Assembly (NCBI GenBank): GCA_903889245.1 | Contig: CAISWQ010000123.1 | Span: forward strand, 3,470-67,469 | Direction of reading: 5' to 3' | Source of the DNA: an uncultured Lentisphaerota bacterium | Lineage (GTDB): Bacteria; Verrucomicrobiota; Kiritimatiellia; CAIQIC01 | Length of the DNA stretch: 64,000 bases | Shown: piece by piece, positions 1-14,353 of the stretch | Layout of the letters: every line of letters begins with the position of its first letter | Numbering within the stretch: the first letter of the stretch is position 1 | The notes under the pieces: generated by a model | Database searches by the model: none | What the model was told of the DNA's origin: nothing | The model's input: the letters and a program-made list of their open reading frames with translations, nothing else | Program-made: the position numbers and the translations under genes

Positions 1-3730
<3,730 letters not shown>

Positions 3731-3823
3731 CTGACACCTGTAAGCTCGGAGTTAAGACACAAGAACCAGGGCGCGGCGCCGGGCTCCCGCCCGGCCGTCC
3801 CGCCCTCCAACGCCGCGGCCGAC

Positions 3824-4237
3824 TTACTTGAGTTCGACCTTGGCGCCAGCCGCTTCGAGCTGCTTCTTGATCTTCTCCGCCTCGTCCTTGCTCGCGCCTT
3901 CCTTGACGTTCTTCGGGGCGCCCTCGACGAGGTCCTTGGCTTCCTTCAAGCCCAAACTGGTGATCGCGCGGACTTCCTTGATGACGGCGATCTTGTTCGT
4001 GCCAGCGCTGGCGAGCACGACCGTGAACTCGGTCTTCTCCACCGCCGCCGCACCCGCCGCCGCGCCGCCGGCCGCCGGGGCCGCCGCCGCCACAGGCATC
4101 GCCGCCGAAACGCCGAGCTTCTCCTCGAGCGCCTTCACGAGCTGGCTCAACTCCAGCACGGTGATGCCCTGGATGTACTCGATGAACTCGGCCATCTTGC
4201 CTTCGACCTTGACTGCTTCCTTCGCTTGCTCTGTCAT
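3824..4237 (-). CDS. rplL: 50S ribosomal protein L7/L12
   Basis: [35 protein letters not shown]; operon position. Confidence 0.98.
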   Translation of the reverse strand: MTEQAKEAVKVEGKMAEFIEYIQGITVLELSQLVKALEEKLGVSAAMPVAAAAPAAGGAAAGAAAVEKTEFTVVLASAGTNKIAVIKEVRAITSLGLKEAKDLVEGAPKNVKEGASKDEAEKIKKQLEAAGAKVELK

Positions 4238-4265
4238 TTTATTCTCCTTCTGACTGCCACACTGT

Positions 4266-4793
4266 TCAGGCCTGCGCGGCCTTTTCCTTCTGCTCCTGGT
4301 ATGCCTTCAGCACGTAGACGACGCTGGCCAGCTTCTGGTTGAGCGCGCCCACCAGCCGCTGCATCGGCGCGGCCAGCGTGCCCACCAACTGCCCGTAGAG
4401 CTGCTCGCGCGACGGGAGGTCGGCGAGCTGGCCCACGTCCTGCGCGGAGAGGATCGCGCCTTGCAGCGCACCGATCTTGATGACCGGTTTCTCCTTCTCC
4501 TTGATGAAGTCGCGCAGCACCTTGGCGGCGCGCGCCACATCACCACGTCCGCTGATCATGGCGGAGGGGCCGGTGAGGCCCGGCTCCAGGCCGGCCTGCC
4601 CCAAATCTTTCGCGACCAACCGCACGAGGCTGTTCTGCACCACGTGGAACTCCGCCTCGGCGTCGCGCAGCTTGTTGCGCAACTGGCTCATGGCGGCCAC
4701 GTTCAGGCCCTTGTAGTCGGTCAGGATGACGAAGTGCGCGTCCTTCATCCGGCCGCGCAGTTCATTGACGATGGATTGTTTTTCAAGTCGCAT
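4266..4793 (-). CDS. rplJ: 50S ribosomal protein L10
   Basis: DYKGLNV...[12 protein letters not shown]; between rplA and rplL. Confidence 0.96.
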   Translation of the reverse strand: MRLEKQSIVNELRGRMKDAHFVILTDYKGLNVAAMSQLRNKLRDAEAEFHVVQNSLVRLVAKDLGQAGLEPGLTGPSAMISGRGDVARAAKVLRDFIKEKEKPVIKIGALQGAILSAQDVGQLADLPSREQLYGQLVGTLAAPMQRLVGALNQKLASVVYVLKAYQEQKEKAAQA

Positions 4794-4809
4794 GATTGCT
4801 TCGCGCAGC

Positions 4810-5508
4810 TTACGCCACCGCGACCTCCTTGATCTGGATGTGCAGCCCGGGGCCCATCGTGGAGCTCACCGTGGCGCGCTTGATGTAGATGCCCTTCGCC
4901 GCGGCCGGGCGCGCGGCCTGGATCGCCGCGATCACCGCCTTGCTGTTCTCGACGAGCGCCTCGTTCGTGAACGAAAGTTTGCCGAACGGGACCATCACGT
5001 TGCCGTTGCGGTCCATGCGGTACTCGACGCGGCCGGCCTTGCAGACCTTGACCGCCGCCGCCGTATCCTCGGTGACCGTGCCCGTCTTCGGGTTCGGCAT
5101 GAGCCCGCGCGGACCGAGCACTTTGCCGAGCTTGCGGACTTCCTTCATGGTCTCGTTCGTCGCCACCGCGACATCGAAGTCGGCCCAGCCGCCCGCCACC
5201 TTGGCCACGAGGTCCTCGTAGCCGACGTGCTCGGCGCCCGCCGCCTTGGCGGCATCGGCCGCCGCACCCGTGGCGAACACGAGCACGCGCACCTTCTTGC
5301 CGGAGCCGTTGGGCAGCACCACCGTGCCGCGGACGTTCTGGTCGGACTGCGTCGGGTCCACGCCGAGGCGGAACGCGAGCTCGGCGGTTTCATCGAACTT
5401 CGCCGTCTTGTTCGCCTGCAGGAACGCGACCGCGTCCTTGAGGTCATACACTTTATCCGCCGTCACCTTGGCCTTGACCGCGGTGTATTTTTTGCCGTGC
5501 TTGCTCAT
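4810..5508 (-). CDS. rplA: 50S ribosomal protein L1
   Basis: MSKHGKKY start overlaps rplK stop; LGKVLGPRGLMPNPKTGTVT, SSTMGPG. Confidence 0.97.
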   Translation of the reverse strand: MSKHGKKYTAVKAKVTADKVYDLKDAVAFLQANKTAKFDETAELAFRLGVDPTQSDQNVRGTVVLPNGSGKKVRVLVFATGAAADAAKAAGAEHVGYEDLVAKVAGGWADFDVAVATNETMKEVRKLGKVLGPRGLMPNPKTGTVTEDTAAAVKVCKAGRVEYRMDRNGNVMVPFGKLSFTNEALVENSKAVIAAIQAARPAAAKGIYIKRATVSSTMGPGLHIQIKEVAVA

Positions 5509-5933
5509 TAGCCCTCCACCTCGATGCCCATGCTGCGGGCCGTGCCGGCGACCATCCGTGCGGCGCGCTCCAGATTTGTGGCGTTGAGATCCTTGCTCTT
5601 CAGCTTGGCGATATCCAGCACCTGCTGCTTCGTCACCTTGCCGACTTTTTCCTTGTTCGGCGTGCCGGAGCCCTTGGCGATGTTCGCCGCCTTCTTCAGC
5701 AGCGTCGAGGCCGGCGGGGTCTTGGTGATGAACGTGAAGGTCTTGTCCTGGTAGACCGTGATCACCACCGGGATGACCAGCCCCGCGTCCTTCTGCGTCG
5801 CCGCGTTGAACTGCTTGCAGAACTCCATGATGTTGACGCCCTGCTGGCCGAGCGCCGGGCCCACGGGGGGCGCCGGGTTGGCCTGGCCGGCCGGAATCTG
5901 CAACCGCACAATGCCTGTGACTTTCTTTGCCAT
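5508..5933 (-). CDS. rplK: 50S ribosomal protein L11
   Basis: [30 protein letters not shown]. Confidence 0.98.
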   Translation of the reverse strand: MAKKVTGIVRLQIPAGQANPAPPVGPALGQQGVNIMEFCKQFNAATQKDAGLVIPVVITVYQDKTFTFITKTPPASTLLKKAANIAKGSGTPNKEKVGKVTKQQVLDIAKLKSKDLNATNLERAARMVAGTARSMGIEVEG

Positions 5934-5959
5934 GTTCGTTGTTTCCTTGCGGACTGCGG

Positions 5960-6006
5960 TTCCAAGGTTTGGAAAACGCGAGGCGGTCGTTTTCCAAGGG
6001 TTGGAA
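5960..6006. repeat. TTCCAA-N3-TTGGAA palindrome doublet (spacing 32 bp)
   Basis: ttccaaggtttggaa at 5960 and ttccaagggttggaa at 5992. Confidence 0.9.
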
Positions 6007-6013
6007 ACTGCCG

Positions 6014-6571
6014 CTAGCTAGCCTTTTCCACCTGCCAATATTCCAGTTCCACGGGCGCGGTGCGGCCGAAAATCTGCACCGAGATCTTCAGCTTGCCGCG
6101 CGTCGGATCCACTTCCTCGATCACACCGGTGAAGTTGAGGAACGGGCCGTCGGTGATCTTCACCTGCTCGCCCGGCTCGAAGGTGACCTTGGGCTTGACC
6201 TTCTTCTCCTTGTCCTCGACCTGGTAGAGGATGTGGTCAATCTCGCTCTGCTTCAGCGGCACGGGCTTGTCGCCGCCGATGAAGCCGATGATGCCCTGCG
6301 TCTTCTGGTTCGTGAAGAAATTCCACGCGTTCTCCTCCAGCGTGCCGTCGGCCTTGTAGAGCGCGACGTGCACGAGCACATAGCCGGGGAAGAATTTCCG
6401 CGTCTGCGTGGTCCGCTTGCCCTGCTTGACTTCCGAGACCTTCTCGGTCGGGATCAGGACCTCGTCCACGATCTCCTTCATTTCTTCCAGCCGGATGCGC
6501 CGTTCAAGGCTTTCCTTGACCTTGTTCTCCTGGCCGGAGAGCGTATGCAAGACGTACCACTTCTTTTCCAT
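6014..6571 (-). CDS. nusG: Transcription termination/antitermination factor NusG
   Basis: [25 protein letters not shown] motif [23 protein letters not shown]. Confidence 0.98.
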   Translation of the reverse strand: MEKKWYVLHTLSGQENKVKESLERRIRLEEMKEIVDEVLIPTEKVSEVKQGKRTTQTRKFFPGYVLVHVALYKADGTLEENAWNFFTNQKTQGIIGFIGGDKPVPLKQSEIDHILYQVEDKEKKVKPKVTFEPGEQVKITDGPFLNFTGVIEEVDPTRGKLKISVQIFGRTAPVELEYWQVEKAS

Positions 6572-6594
6572 GACTGCTCCAGAACTCGCCGGGA

Positions 6595-6798
6595 TTACCT
6601 AAGCACCAGTTTCAGGACACTGTTCAGGACGAAATCGCTGACGCCCACGAACGCCGAGAGAATGACGACGGACACGATGACGACCACCGTGGACTCCTTG
6701 AGTTCCCCCCACGTCGGCCACGAGCATTTCTTCAGCTCCTGGCGCACCTCGTCGAAGAACGTGCGCACCGCGCCCACCCATGCTCTGATCTTTTCCAT
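6595..6798 (-). CDS. secE: Preprotein translocase subunit SecE
   Basis: ELKKCSWPT followed by one TM helix; between tRNA-Trp and nusG. Confidence 0.93.
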   Translation of the reverse strand: MEKIRAWVGAVRTFFDEVRQELKKCSWPTWGELKESTVVVIVSVVILSAFVGVSDFVLNSVLKLVLR

Positions 6799-6825
6799 GA
6801 ATCGTTCTCTCCGGGGCAACGCGGG

Positions 6826-6901
6826 TGGCACGGCAGGAGGGACTTGAACCCGCAACCTGCGGTTTTGGAGACCGCCGCTCTGCCAATTGAGCTACTGCCG
6901 T
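6826..6901 (-). tRNA. tRNA-Trp (CCA)
   Basis: 76-nt cloverleaf, anticodon loop CTCCAAA, T-loop GTTCAAG, encoded CCA end. Confidence 0.96.
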
Positions 6902-6917
6902 ATCGTCCGTGAATCCT

Positions 6918-7070
6918 TTACTTGATTTCGCGGTGAACGGTGTGCTTGCGCTCCGCGGAGCAGAATTTCTTCAGCTCGACGCGTTCCGTCATCGTGCGCT
7001 TGTTTTTGGTCGTCGTGTAGTTGCGTCGCTTGCACTCCTGACACGCCAACGTAATGATTTCGCGGGGCAT
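6918..7070 (-). CDS. rpmG: 50S ribosomal protein L33
   Basis: Hand-translated [50 protein letters not shown]. Confidence 0.95.
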   Translation of the reverse strand: MPREIITLACQECKRRNYTTTKNKRTMTERVELKKFCSAERKHTVHREIK

Positions 7071-7094
7071 GATTCCACCGTTCTCCCGAAGGCC

Positions 7095-8303
<1,209 letters not shown>

Positions 8304-8368
8304 GTTTCTCTCCTGCCGACTCGGCTTGTTGGTTGTTCCTGTTTCCTAATTTTATTACCGACATCCAC

Positions 8369-8444
8369 TGGAGCCTACGAGCGGGATCGAACCGCTGACC
8401 TCGTCCTTACCAAGGACGTGCTCTACCAACTGAGCTACGTAGGC
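8369..8444 (-). tRNA. tRNA-Thr (GGT)
   Basis: 76-nt cloverleaf, anticodon loop TTGGTAA, CCA end; directly upstream of tuf. Confidence 0.96.
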
Positions 8445-8650
8445 CCGTCCAAAACTCCAGCGTCATCCGCTCATCTGCCCGGCCGCGCCACCCGGCGCAC
8501 CCGTTTAACGCAAAGCAAAAAAAGAGCGCAAACAATCCCCCGCGCTTTTTTCCCGTAACTGAAAAAAGAGCCGGCAGACTGCCTACTCCCTTCAAACTTA
8601 TGTCTGCGGCACGCTTACAAATGAGGCATCCACAACGTGCAGCGCGCGAC

Positions 8651-8695
8651 ACTCTAGCGGACTTTCCCTACCCGTCAACAACTTTTTTGAAAATT
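8651..8695 (-). promoter_or_regulatory. Putative sigma70 promoter for tRNA-Thr-tuf operon with A/T-rich UP element
   Basis: TTGACG-16nt-TAGAGT on minus strand, preceded by TTCAAAAAAGTTG. Confidence 0.6.
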
Positions 8696-8696
8696 T

Positions 8697-8745
8697 TTCC
8701 AAGCCCGCGGAAAACAGGCCTCTATCGTTTCTAAGGGGCTGGGAA
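8697..8745. repeat. Degenerate TTCCAA-N3-TTGGAA doublet
   Basis: ttccaagcccgcggaa at 8697 and ttctaaggggctgggaa at 8729 (32 bp apart). Confidence 0.55.
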
Positions 8746-8754
8746 CACGCGCCC

Positions 8755-10689
8755 TCACCGCGGCGGGGCGACAGGGCGGAAGTGGCGGTGAGTCAGGGTC
8801 GGCCAGGTCTGGCCGGTGTCATAAAGATTGCCCAGCCACAGCGGTTGCGGCAGCCAGACGCGATAGCAGTTGGTTACACTCCACGCGGTACCGGCCGAGG
8901 CGTAGTCGCACATCGTGATGGTCTGCGGCTGACCCTCGACGGTGGCGGGCACATCGAACGCCATCCACGCGCCGATGCGCGCGGCGGCCTGCGGATTCGG
9001 CTTGAGCCGGATGAACGGCGCGGCGCTGCGATCCAGCAACGCCTTCGCCTCGATGTTCACCTCCGGCGTCAGGCGGCTATCGAGCGCGAGCACGAGCGGG
9101 CCGCGCAGGATCGCCAGTTGGCCGTTGCCATCGGGCGCCTTGACGATGCGGCCGCGCAGGTCGGGTACGAGTTGGATGCGGTCGCCACCCTTCCACGTGC
9201 GCTGCAGCTTGGCATAACTGCCGGGCTGCACCGGCACCGCCTCGCCGTTGACCGTCAGGCTGGTGTTCGCGCTCCACGCCGGGATGCGCAGCGCGAGCGT
9301 GAAGGCTTCCGGCTTGGCGAGTTCGAGCACGATCTCGATCTTGTTCGCGATCGGATATTCCGTCTGCTGCTTGATCATCACCTTCTGCCCGCCGGGCGTG
9401 GCGACCTCCGCCGTTCCGGGAAAATACAAATTGACCACCGGGCCTTCGGCAGCGGTCATGACCGCCCACTGCGGCGCAAGCAGCAAGCCGCGCGGGCCGC
9501 TGACGACGCAGCAGCTCAACCCGACCTCGTCGTGCTGCATCAGGCTCGGCACGCGCTCGCCGTTGATGCCGCTGAAATAGGCCCACCAACGGCCGTCCGG
9601 CATCTGCGCGGCGAGCAGGCCGTTGTAGAGATTGCGCTCGAGCTCGTCGGCGAACCGCACGTCGCCCGTCAGCCGCAGCAACTGGTAGAGGAATTTCATC
9701 CACGTGGCGGTGACGCACGTTTCCATCGGCTGGAACACCGCGGCCGTCTGGTTCGTGTGTCCGCTGCACCAGTGCTCGCCGCGCGTACCGGGGCCGATGA
9801 TCGTCGTCTCCTGGCTCAACACGCCCTCGGCCAGCTTGATCGAGGCATTGAGATAGTTCTTCTCGCCGGTGAAGCGGTAGAGTTCGCACAGGCCCTCATA
9901 GCACGACATCATTTCGTAGGCCTTGTTCCAACGCATGTTCACCGGCGTCACACCCGCGAGACTGTCCTCGATCAGTCGCAGCCCGTTCGTGCATTGCGGC
10001 ACGTGATGCGAGGGCTGGCTCCACTGCCCGACAATGTACTGCGCGTAATCCAGGTACTTCTTCTCGCCCGTCCGCTGATAGAGCAGCACCGTCGGTTCGA
10101 GGATGGACGACGCCGCGAGGCCCTTGTGCGTGCCGATGTCGGCGATGTTCGTCTTGCCCGCGCCGGTCTGCGCGAGCAGCGTATCCATGTGCCGGCTCGC
10201 GGCGGCGAGCGTCGGCGCGTCGCCCGTACGGTCAACGTAGGCCAGCAGGCCGAGCAGCGCGTACTTGCGCCCCCACACGTCCCAACCCTTGAGCCGGTGC
10301 TCCGGCTGGCGCGTGCCGAGGTAGCCATCCGGCGCGGCGGTCGCCACCAGCGCGCGGGCGCCCTCGTCGAGCTTCGCGCGCGTCGCCGCCGTCGGCCGGT
10401 AGGCATCGGCCAGCGCGAGCGAGGTGTACCACTTGCCCCAGTACTCGCAACGCCAGTCCTTGAACCCCTCTTCCGCCTTGTCGCGGTAGGGCTTCACCAG
10501 CGGCTCGACCGGCTGCGCCAGCACGCGGTTCGCAATGCACTGATCAATCTTCGCGCCGAGCCGGCCCTCAATGCGGACCGCGCCCGCCGCCGGCGGCCGG
10601 AAGACATCCGGCGCCACCGGCTGCACCGACCCGCCCAGCACCGGCGCCGCCAACGCCACCACGGGGAGGATTTTGAGATTCATTTTCAT
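8755..10689 (-). CDS. GH127-like (DUF1680) beta-L-arabinofuranosidase family glycoside hydrolase, exported
   Basis: Signal peptide MKMNLKILPVVALAA; KAYEMMSCYEG, METCVTATW, LERNLYNGLL, CC pair, RIPAWS, LRGPLVLA. Confidence 0.85.
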   Translation of the reverse strand: MKMNLKILPVVALAAPVLGGSVQPVAPDVFRPPAAGAVRIEGRLGAKIDQCIANRVLAQPVEPLVKPYRDKAEEGFKDWRCEYWGKWYTSLALADAYRPTAATRAKLDEGARALVATAAPDGYLGTRQPEHRLKGWDVWGRKYALLGLLAYVDRTGDAPTLAAASRHMDTLLAQTGAGKTNIADIGTHKGLAASSILEPTVLLYQRTGEKKYLDYAQYIVGQWSQPSHHVPQCTNGLRLIEDSLAGVTPVNMRWNKAYEMMSCYEGLCELYRFTGEKNYLNASIKLAEGVLSQETTIIGPGTRGEHWCSGHTNQTAAVFQPMETCVTATWMKFLYQLLRLTGDVRFADELERNLYNGLLAAQMPDGRWWAYFSGINGERVPSLMQHDEVGLSCCVVSGPRGLLLAPQWAVMTAAEGPVVNLYFPGTAEVATPGGQKVMIKQQTEYPIANKIEIVLELAKPEAFTLALRIPAWSANTSLTVNGEAVPVQPGSYAKLQRTWKGGDRIQLVPDLRGRIVKAPDGNGQLAILRGPLVLALDSRLTPEVNIEAKALLDRSAAPFIRLKPNPQAAARIGAWMAFDVPATVEGQPQTITMCDYASAGTAWSVTNCYRVWLPQPLWLGNLYDTGQTWPTLTHRHFRPVAPPR

Positions 10690-10800
10690 GCGCGCATTCT
10701 CTGGACGCGCAGAGGAAAAGCAAGCGCCGATTCCGGCACGGCGGGATCGGCCGCGGTCTGACGAACGCGGCGACCAGAAAAGCAACCCCCGCCCTCACCA

Positions 10801-10846
10801 TTCCAAGCCTTGGGAAAATTCGGCTGTTTTTTCCCAAGGCTTGGAA
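10801..10846. repeat. TTCCAA-N3-TTGGAA doublet (spacing 31 bp)
   Basis: ttccaagccttggga at 10801, tcccaaggcttggaa at 10832. Confidence 0.85.
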
Positions 10847-10904
10847 ACAGACACGCAGGTGTTCGACAAAAAATGAGGAACGCAGGAAAGGCCGAAACCA
10901 TCGT

Positions 10905-10945
10905 CACCATCCACCATCCCAGCACTCCACCACTCCATCACTCCC
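10905..10945. repeat. Short degenerate 8-bp tandem repeat (CACTCCAY)
   Basis: cagcactccaccactccatcactcc just downstream of a stop codon. Confidence 0.55.
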
Positions 10946-10956
10946 GCTCTTCCGCG

Positions 10957-11871
10957 TCAGAGCAGGCCCTGATAGGCGAGCCAGAGGCCGCGGTAATATT
11001 TCAGCACGCGGACGGGGTCGGTGCTCTCGGGGATTTCCGCGAAGGTGTAGCCGCTGAAGCCGCTCTCGCCCAGCCGCGTCAGCAGCTTGCGGAACGGATA
11101 CTCTTCGAGGCACAGGTCGCGCATGTGCACGGTGAAGATTTTGTCTTTGACGAGGTCGAAGTTCGCGTCGAAGCCGCCGTCCTGCAGGTCGGTCTGGTTC
11201 GAGTTCCAGCACAGCCCCACCTGCGGGTGGTTCGCGTAGTCCATGATCTTCTTGCAACGCGGCACGCGCGAGGTTTCGCCGCCGTGGATTTCGAGCCGTA
11301 CCTGCAGGCCGAGCCCGGCCGCGCAGTCGCCAAGCTCGCGCAGCGACTTGCCGATCTGCTCCAGCGTCTGCTCCTCCGGCACTTCCTTCGGCAGGGCGTT
11401 CGGCCGGACCTTGATGCCGGTCGCGCCGACATCTTGCGCCAGCGCGAGATATTCCTTCGTCGCCTCGATGTCCTTGCGGAGCTTCGCCTGGTCCGGCGTA
11501 TGGAAATCGAACGCACTGCCGAGGCTCACCAGCTTGACCGGCGAGCCGGCAAACCGCTTCTTCACCTCCGCGCGCTGCTCCTTGCTCAAGCCGACCTCGA
11601 CGCCGTGTTTGTGCGTGGCCCGCAGTTCGACGCCCTCGATCTTCGCAGCCGCGCAGTTCTTGATGATCGTCTCGATATCCCAGTCCTTGGCGATGTTATA
11701 GGTGACGATGCCGAGGTGGAACTTGGATTTGCTGGTGACGAGGCTCGGCGCGGCCTCCTCCTTCTTTTCCTTCTTCGGCTTGCTGGCCGCGAGCGCAGCC
11801 GGGCCCAGCACAGTGACCGCGCCGCAGCCCACGGCGGCGCCCGACAGGAAACGGCGACGGGAGATATTCAT
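10957..11871 (-). CDS. Sugar phosphate isomerase/epimerase (xylose-isomerase-like TIM barrel), Tat-exported
   Basis: SRRRFL Tat motif; GVELR, LEIHG, VHMRD metal-binding pattern. Confidence 0.85.
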   Translation of the reverse strand: MNISRRRFLSGAAVGCGAVTVLGPAALAASKPKKEKKEEAAPSLVTSKSKFHLGIVTYNIAKDWDIETIIKNCAAAKIEGVELRATHKHGVEVGLSKEQRAEVKKRFAGSPVKLVSLGSAFDFHTPDQAKLRKDIEATKEYLALAQDVGATGIKVRPNALPKEVPEEQTLEQIGKSLRELGDCAAGLGLQVRLEIHGGETSRVPRCKKIMDYANHPQVGLCWNSNQTDLQDGGFDANFDLVKDKIFTVHMRDLCLEEYPFRKLLTRLGESGFSGYTFAEIPESTDPVRVLKYYRGLWLAYQGLL

Positions 11872-11935
11872 GCGCGTGCTTCTAGCAGAACCCCCGGCAA
11901 ATTCAACGCCAACCTTGGTGGGGGCGCAGTCTCTT

Positions 11936-12034
11936 CCGTAGCCGCGTTCGTAAGAACGCGGCACACCCCACCCCGACCTTGAAGCTGGCCGCGGCTGGGC
12001 TGATGTGGCCGCATGCTGACGAATGCGGCTACGG
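11936..12034. repeat. Inverted pair of GTAG-type REP-like palindromes
   Basis: ccgtagccgcgttcgtaagaacgcgg ... ccgcatgctgacgaatgcggctacgg. Confidence 0.7.
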
Positions 12035-12041
12035 GCTGGTT

Positions 12042-13184
12042 TCACGGAATGTCGTAGAGCAGGAATTCGCAGGGCAGGTCGCCGTTGAGCAGTTCGACGC
12101 GCAGGCGCGGGCGCGGCGACATTTCCTGCGCGTAGGCGGGCGCGCCGGCGAGCAGGGCGACACGCCAGCCGTGCAGGCGACAGAACGCGGCCATGACTTT
12201 GCGCGGGAAAAGCGGCTCGGTTTCCAGCCGCACGCCGTACGGGGGATTGGTGACGATCAGCGCGGGCTGGTCATCGCCCTGCAGGTCGAGCACCGACTGC
12301 TCGCGGAAGGCGAGCTTGACGCCGGCGGCGCGCGCGTTGAGCTGCGCCTTGGCGAGGACGGTGGCATCGCTATCGGCGGCGATGATCCGCGGTGTCTGGC
12401 CGGCGCGCGCGCCGCGCAGTTGGCCCTTCATCTCGCGCAGCGCCTGGGCCTCGGCGTCGCCGAAGCTGGCCCAGCGCTCGAAGCCGAAGCGCTCGCGGGT
12501 GAGGCCGGGCGCGACGTTCGCCGCCCAGAGCGCGGCCTCGATGGCAATGGTGCCGGAGCCGCAGAGCGGATCGAGCAGGCGCGTCTTGCGGTCCCAGCCG
12601 GCCATGCGCAGCAGCGCGGCCGCGAGCGTCTCGCGCAGCGGCGCCTCGCCGGTCTCACGGCGGTAGCCGCGCTTGTGCAGCGGCTCGCCGCTCATATCGA
12701 GGTAGAGCGCCGCCTTGTCGTTGCCAAGGTAGAGGAAGACGCGCACATCGGGGTCCTCGGAAACGTTCGGCCGCAGCCCCTGCGTCGCGCGGAGCTGGTC
12801 TACGATCGCGTCCTTGACCTTGAGCGCGGTCGCGCCCTCGTGCGTAAGCTGGCTGCCGCGGCAGATGGCGTTGACGGAGAAGGTTTGCTTCGGCGTCAGG
12901 TGCCGCGCCCAGGCGACCGACTGGACGCCGGTATAGAGCATCGCCGGCGAGGGTGCGGGGAAGCGCGCGAGCAACACGTGGATGCGCTGGGCAATCCGGC
13001 TTTGCAGGCACGCGCGCCAGCCATCCTGCCACGAGCCGCGGAACGGAATCCCGCCGCGATTGAACCGCACCGAGGGCAGCCCCAGCTCGCGCAGCTCGTC
13101 GCACAGCACCTCCTCCGTGCCGGCAATCGCCGAGGCATGGAACTCCAGCTTCTCCTCCACCGCGCACTGACCCTGAAATTTCAT
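12042..13184 (-). CDS. THUMP-domain RNA methyltransferase (RlmL-like)
   Basis: LHKRGYR, EAPLRETLAAALL, DPLCGSGTI, NPPYG. Confidence 0.9.
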   Translation of the reverse strand: MKFQGQCAVEEKLEFHASAIAGTEEVLCDELRELGLPSVRFNRGGIPFRGSWQDGWRACLQSRIAQRIHVLLARFPAPSPAMLYTGVQSVAWARHLTPKQTFSVNAICRGSQLTHEGATALKVKDAIVDQLRATQGLRPNVSEDPDVRVFLYLGNDKAALYLDMSGEPLHKRGYRRETGEAPLRETLAAALLRMAGWDRKTRLLDPLCGSGTIAIEAALWAANVAPGLTRERFGFERWASFGDAEAQALREMKGQLRGARAGQTPRIIAADSDATVLAKAQLNARAAGVKLAFREQSVLDLQGDDQPALIVTNPPYGVRLETEPLFPRKVMAAFCRLHGWRVALLAGAPAYAQEMSPRPRLRVELLNGDLPCEFLLYDIP

Positions 13185-13223
13185 GCGCGTATTGTCGGGT
13201 GACGGCGCGCGGAAGTAAAGAAT

Positions 13224-13360
13224 TCACCACAGAAGAAAACGAAGCGAACAAAGGCCAGGGGAGAACAGCGCAGGCGGGAAGACGCGAAGAAAGCCATCCA
13301 CAGATTACGCAGATTTCACAGAGGCCAGGGCGCAGCCCGCAGACAAAAGAACGAAAGGCC
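13224..13360. repeat. Degenerate ~9-bp-period purine-rich intergenic repeats
   Basis: caccacagaagaaaacgaag..., ccacagattacgcagatttcacaga. Confidence 0.5.
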
Positions 13361-13416
13361 CCAACGAGCCAGGCAGCGTTCAAGGGCGGACCCTATCCGC
13401 CCAGCATATTCACCTT

Positions 13417-14187
13417 TCACGGTCTAACCCTACACAGTCGGAGGGCAAGAACGCCCAAGCCTCCAAGTAACAATGCGCCTGTCGTCGGTTCCGGCACAAT
13501 ATTCGGAGAGAAGATATTTATGCTGTCAATGGTTACAGGACCTGTCCCAGATTCTGGGTGTTGAGGAACTCCTTGTACTTCGAAGGTGTACTCGCCTGGC
13601 AGAGCACTAGGATCTCCCCTATATGGCATTCCTTCGTTAGCTTCGTAATCAATTCTCCATGTTCCATTATCATACATTGTATACGTTCCTACCTTTCCGT
13701 TATTGTTCAAATCTATTCCTGCAGTCCATAAACTTCCACCATTTAAACCATTTGTTGCGACTTCTCCGGCTTGCATGCCTAGAGTAGTATATGGTGGTCC
13801 ATCTCTTGACCAAAGCCATCCATTGGTAGAACTGCTCGCTCCCCCATCTACTTTAAAAGCACCTATTGGATAATCAAACCCCGCACCCAAATCGCTTTGA
13901 TCCTTAATAAAATTAGCTACAATCATATTTGGAGCCGAATTTGAAATTAAAGTTCCGTTTTTATCGAAATAGTTTACATGAGCAACATTGTATAGTACAT
14001 CCCTATACTCCTCTGCCATATAAGGTCCCAAAGTTGACTCTGGTCCAGTTATATCTGTTACTAAATCTCCTTTTGCCTTTCCAAGCATTCCAGCTCCCAT
14101 CAAAACCAGGAGGGCCAAGCCTTGGAGGGCGAAGCGTTGGAGCCGGCACGACAGCAAACGGAGCGTCGCGAAATCTGATGTATTCAT
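13417..14187 (-). CDS. PEP-CTERM sorting-domain surface protein, AT-rich core
   Basis: N-terminal hydrophobic signal; C-terminal VPEPTTGALLLGGLGVLALR plus basic tail. Confidence 0.8.
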   Translation of the reverse strand: MNTSDFATLRLLSCRLQRFALQGLALLVLMGAGMLGKAKGDLVTDITGPESTLGPYMAEEYRDVLYNVAHVNYFDKNGTLISNSAPNMIVANFIKDQSDLGAGFDYPIGAFKVDGGASSSTNGWLWSRDGPPYTTLGMQAGEVATNGLNGGSLWTAGIDLNNNGKVGTYTMYDNGTWRIDYEANEGMPYRGDPSALPGEYTFEVQGVPQHPESGTGPVTIDSINIFSPNIVPEPTTGALLLGGLGVLALRLCRVRP

Positions 14188-14353
14188 CTGTTCCTTGGTA
14201 TTCTCTTGCGGCCATGGGCTTGGACTGGAAAGGCAGCGTGCTTTTCCGCGTGGAAAAAAGGAGCGATTCCCAAACCCGGAACTTCCGGGGTCAGACAGCG
14301 AGGCTGTTTCTTTGTTCGCACGGTTTGGGAATCGCTTCGGGGTTGCATGTCGG

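Noticed and set aside
4810-5997. Extended ORF-track starts for rplA, the 38817 sulfatase (to 40934), serine dehydratase (to 45878) and DUF885 (to 48595)
   Set aside because: The extensions overlap neighbouring real genes in other frames; starts were reassigned using homologous N-termini and SD sites.
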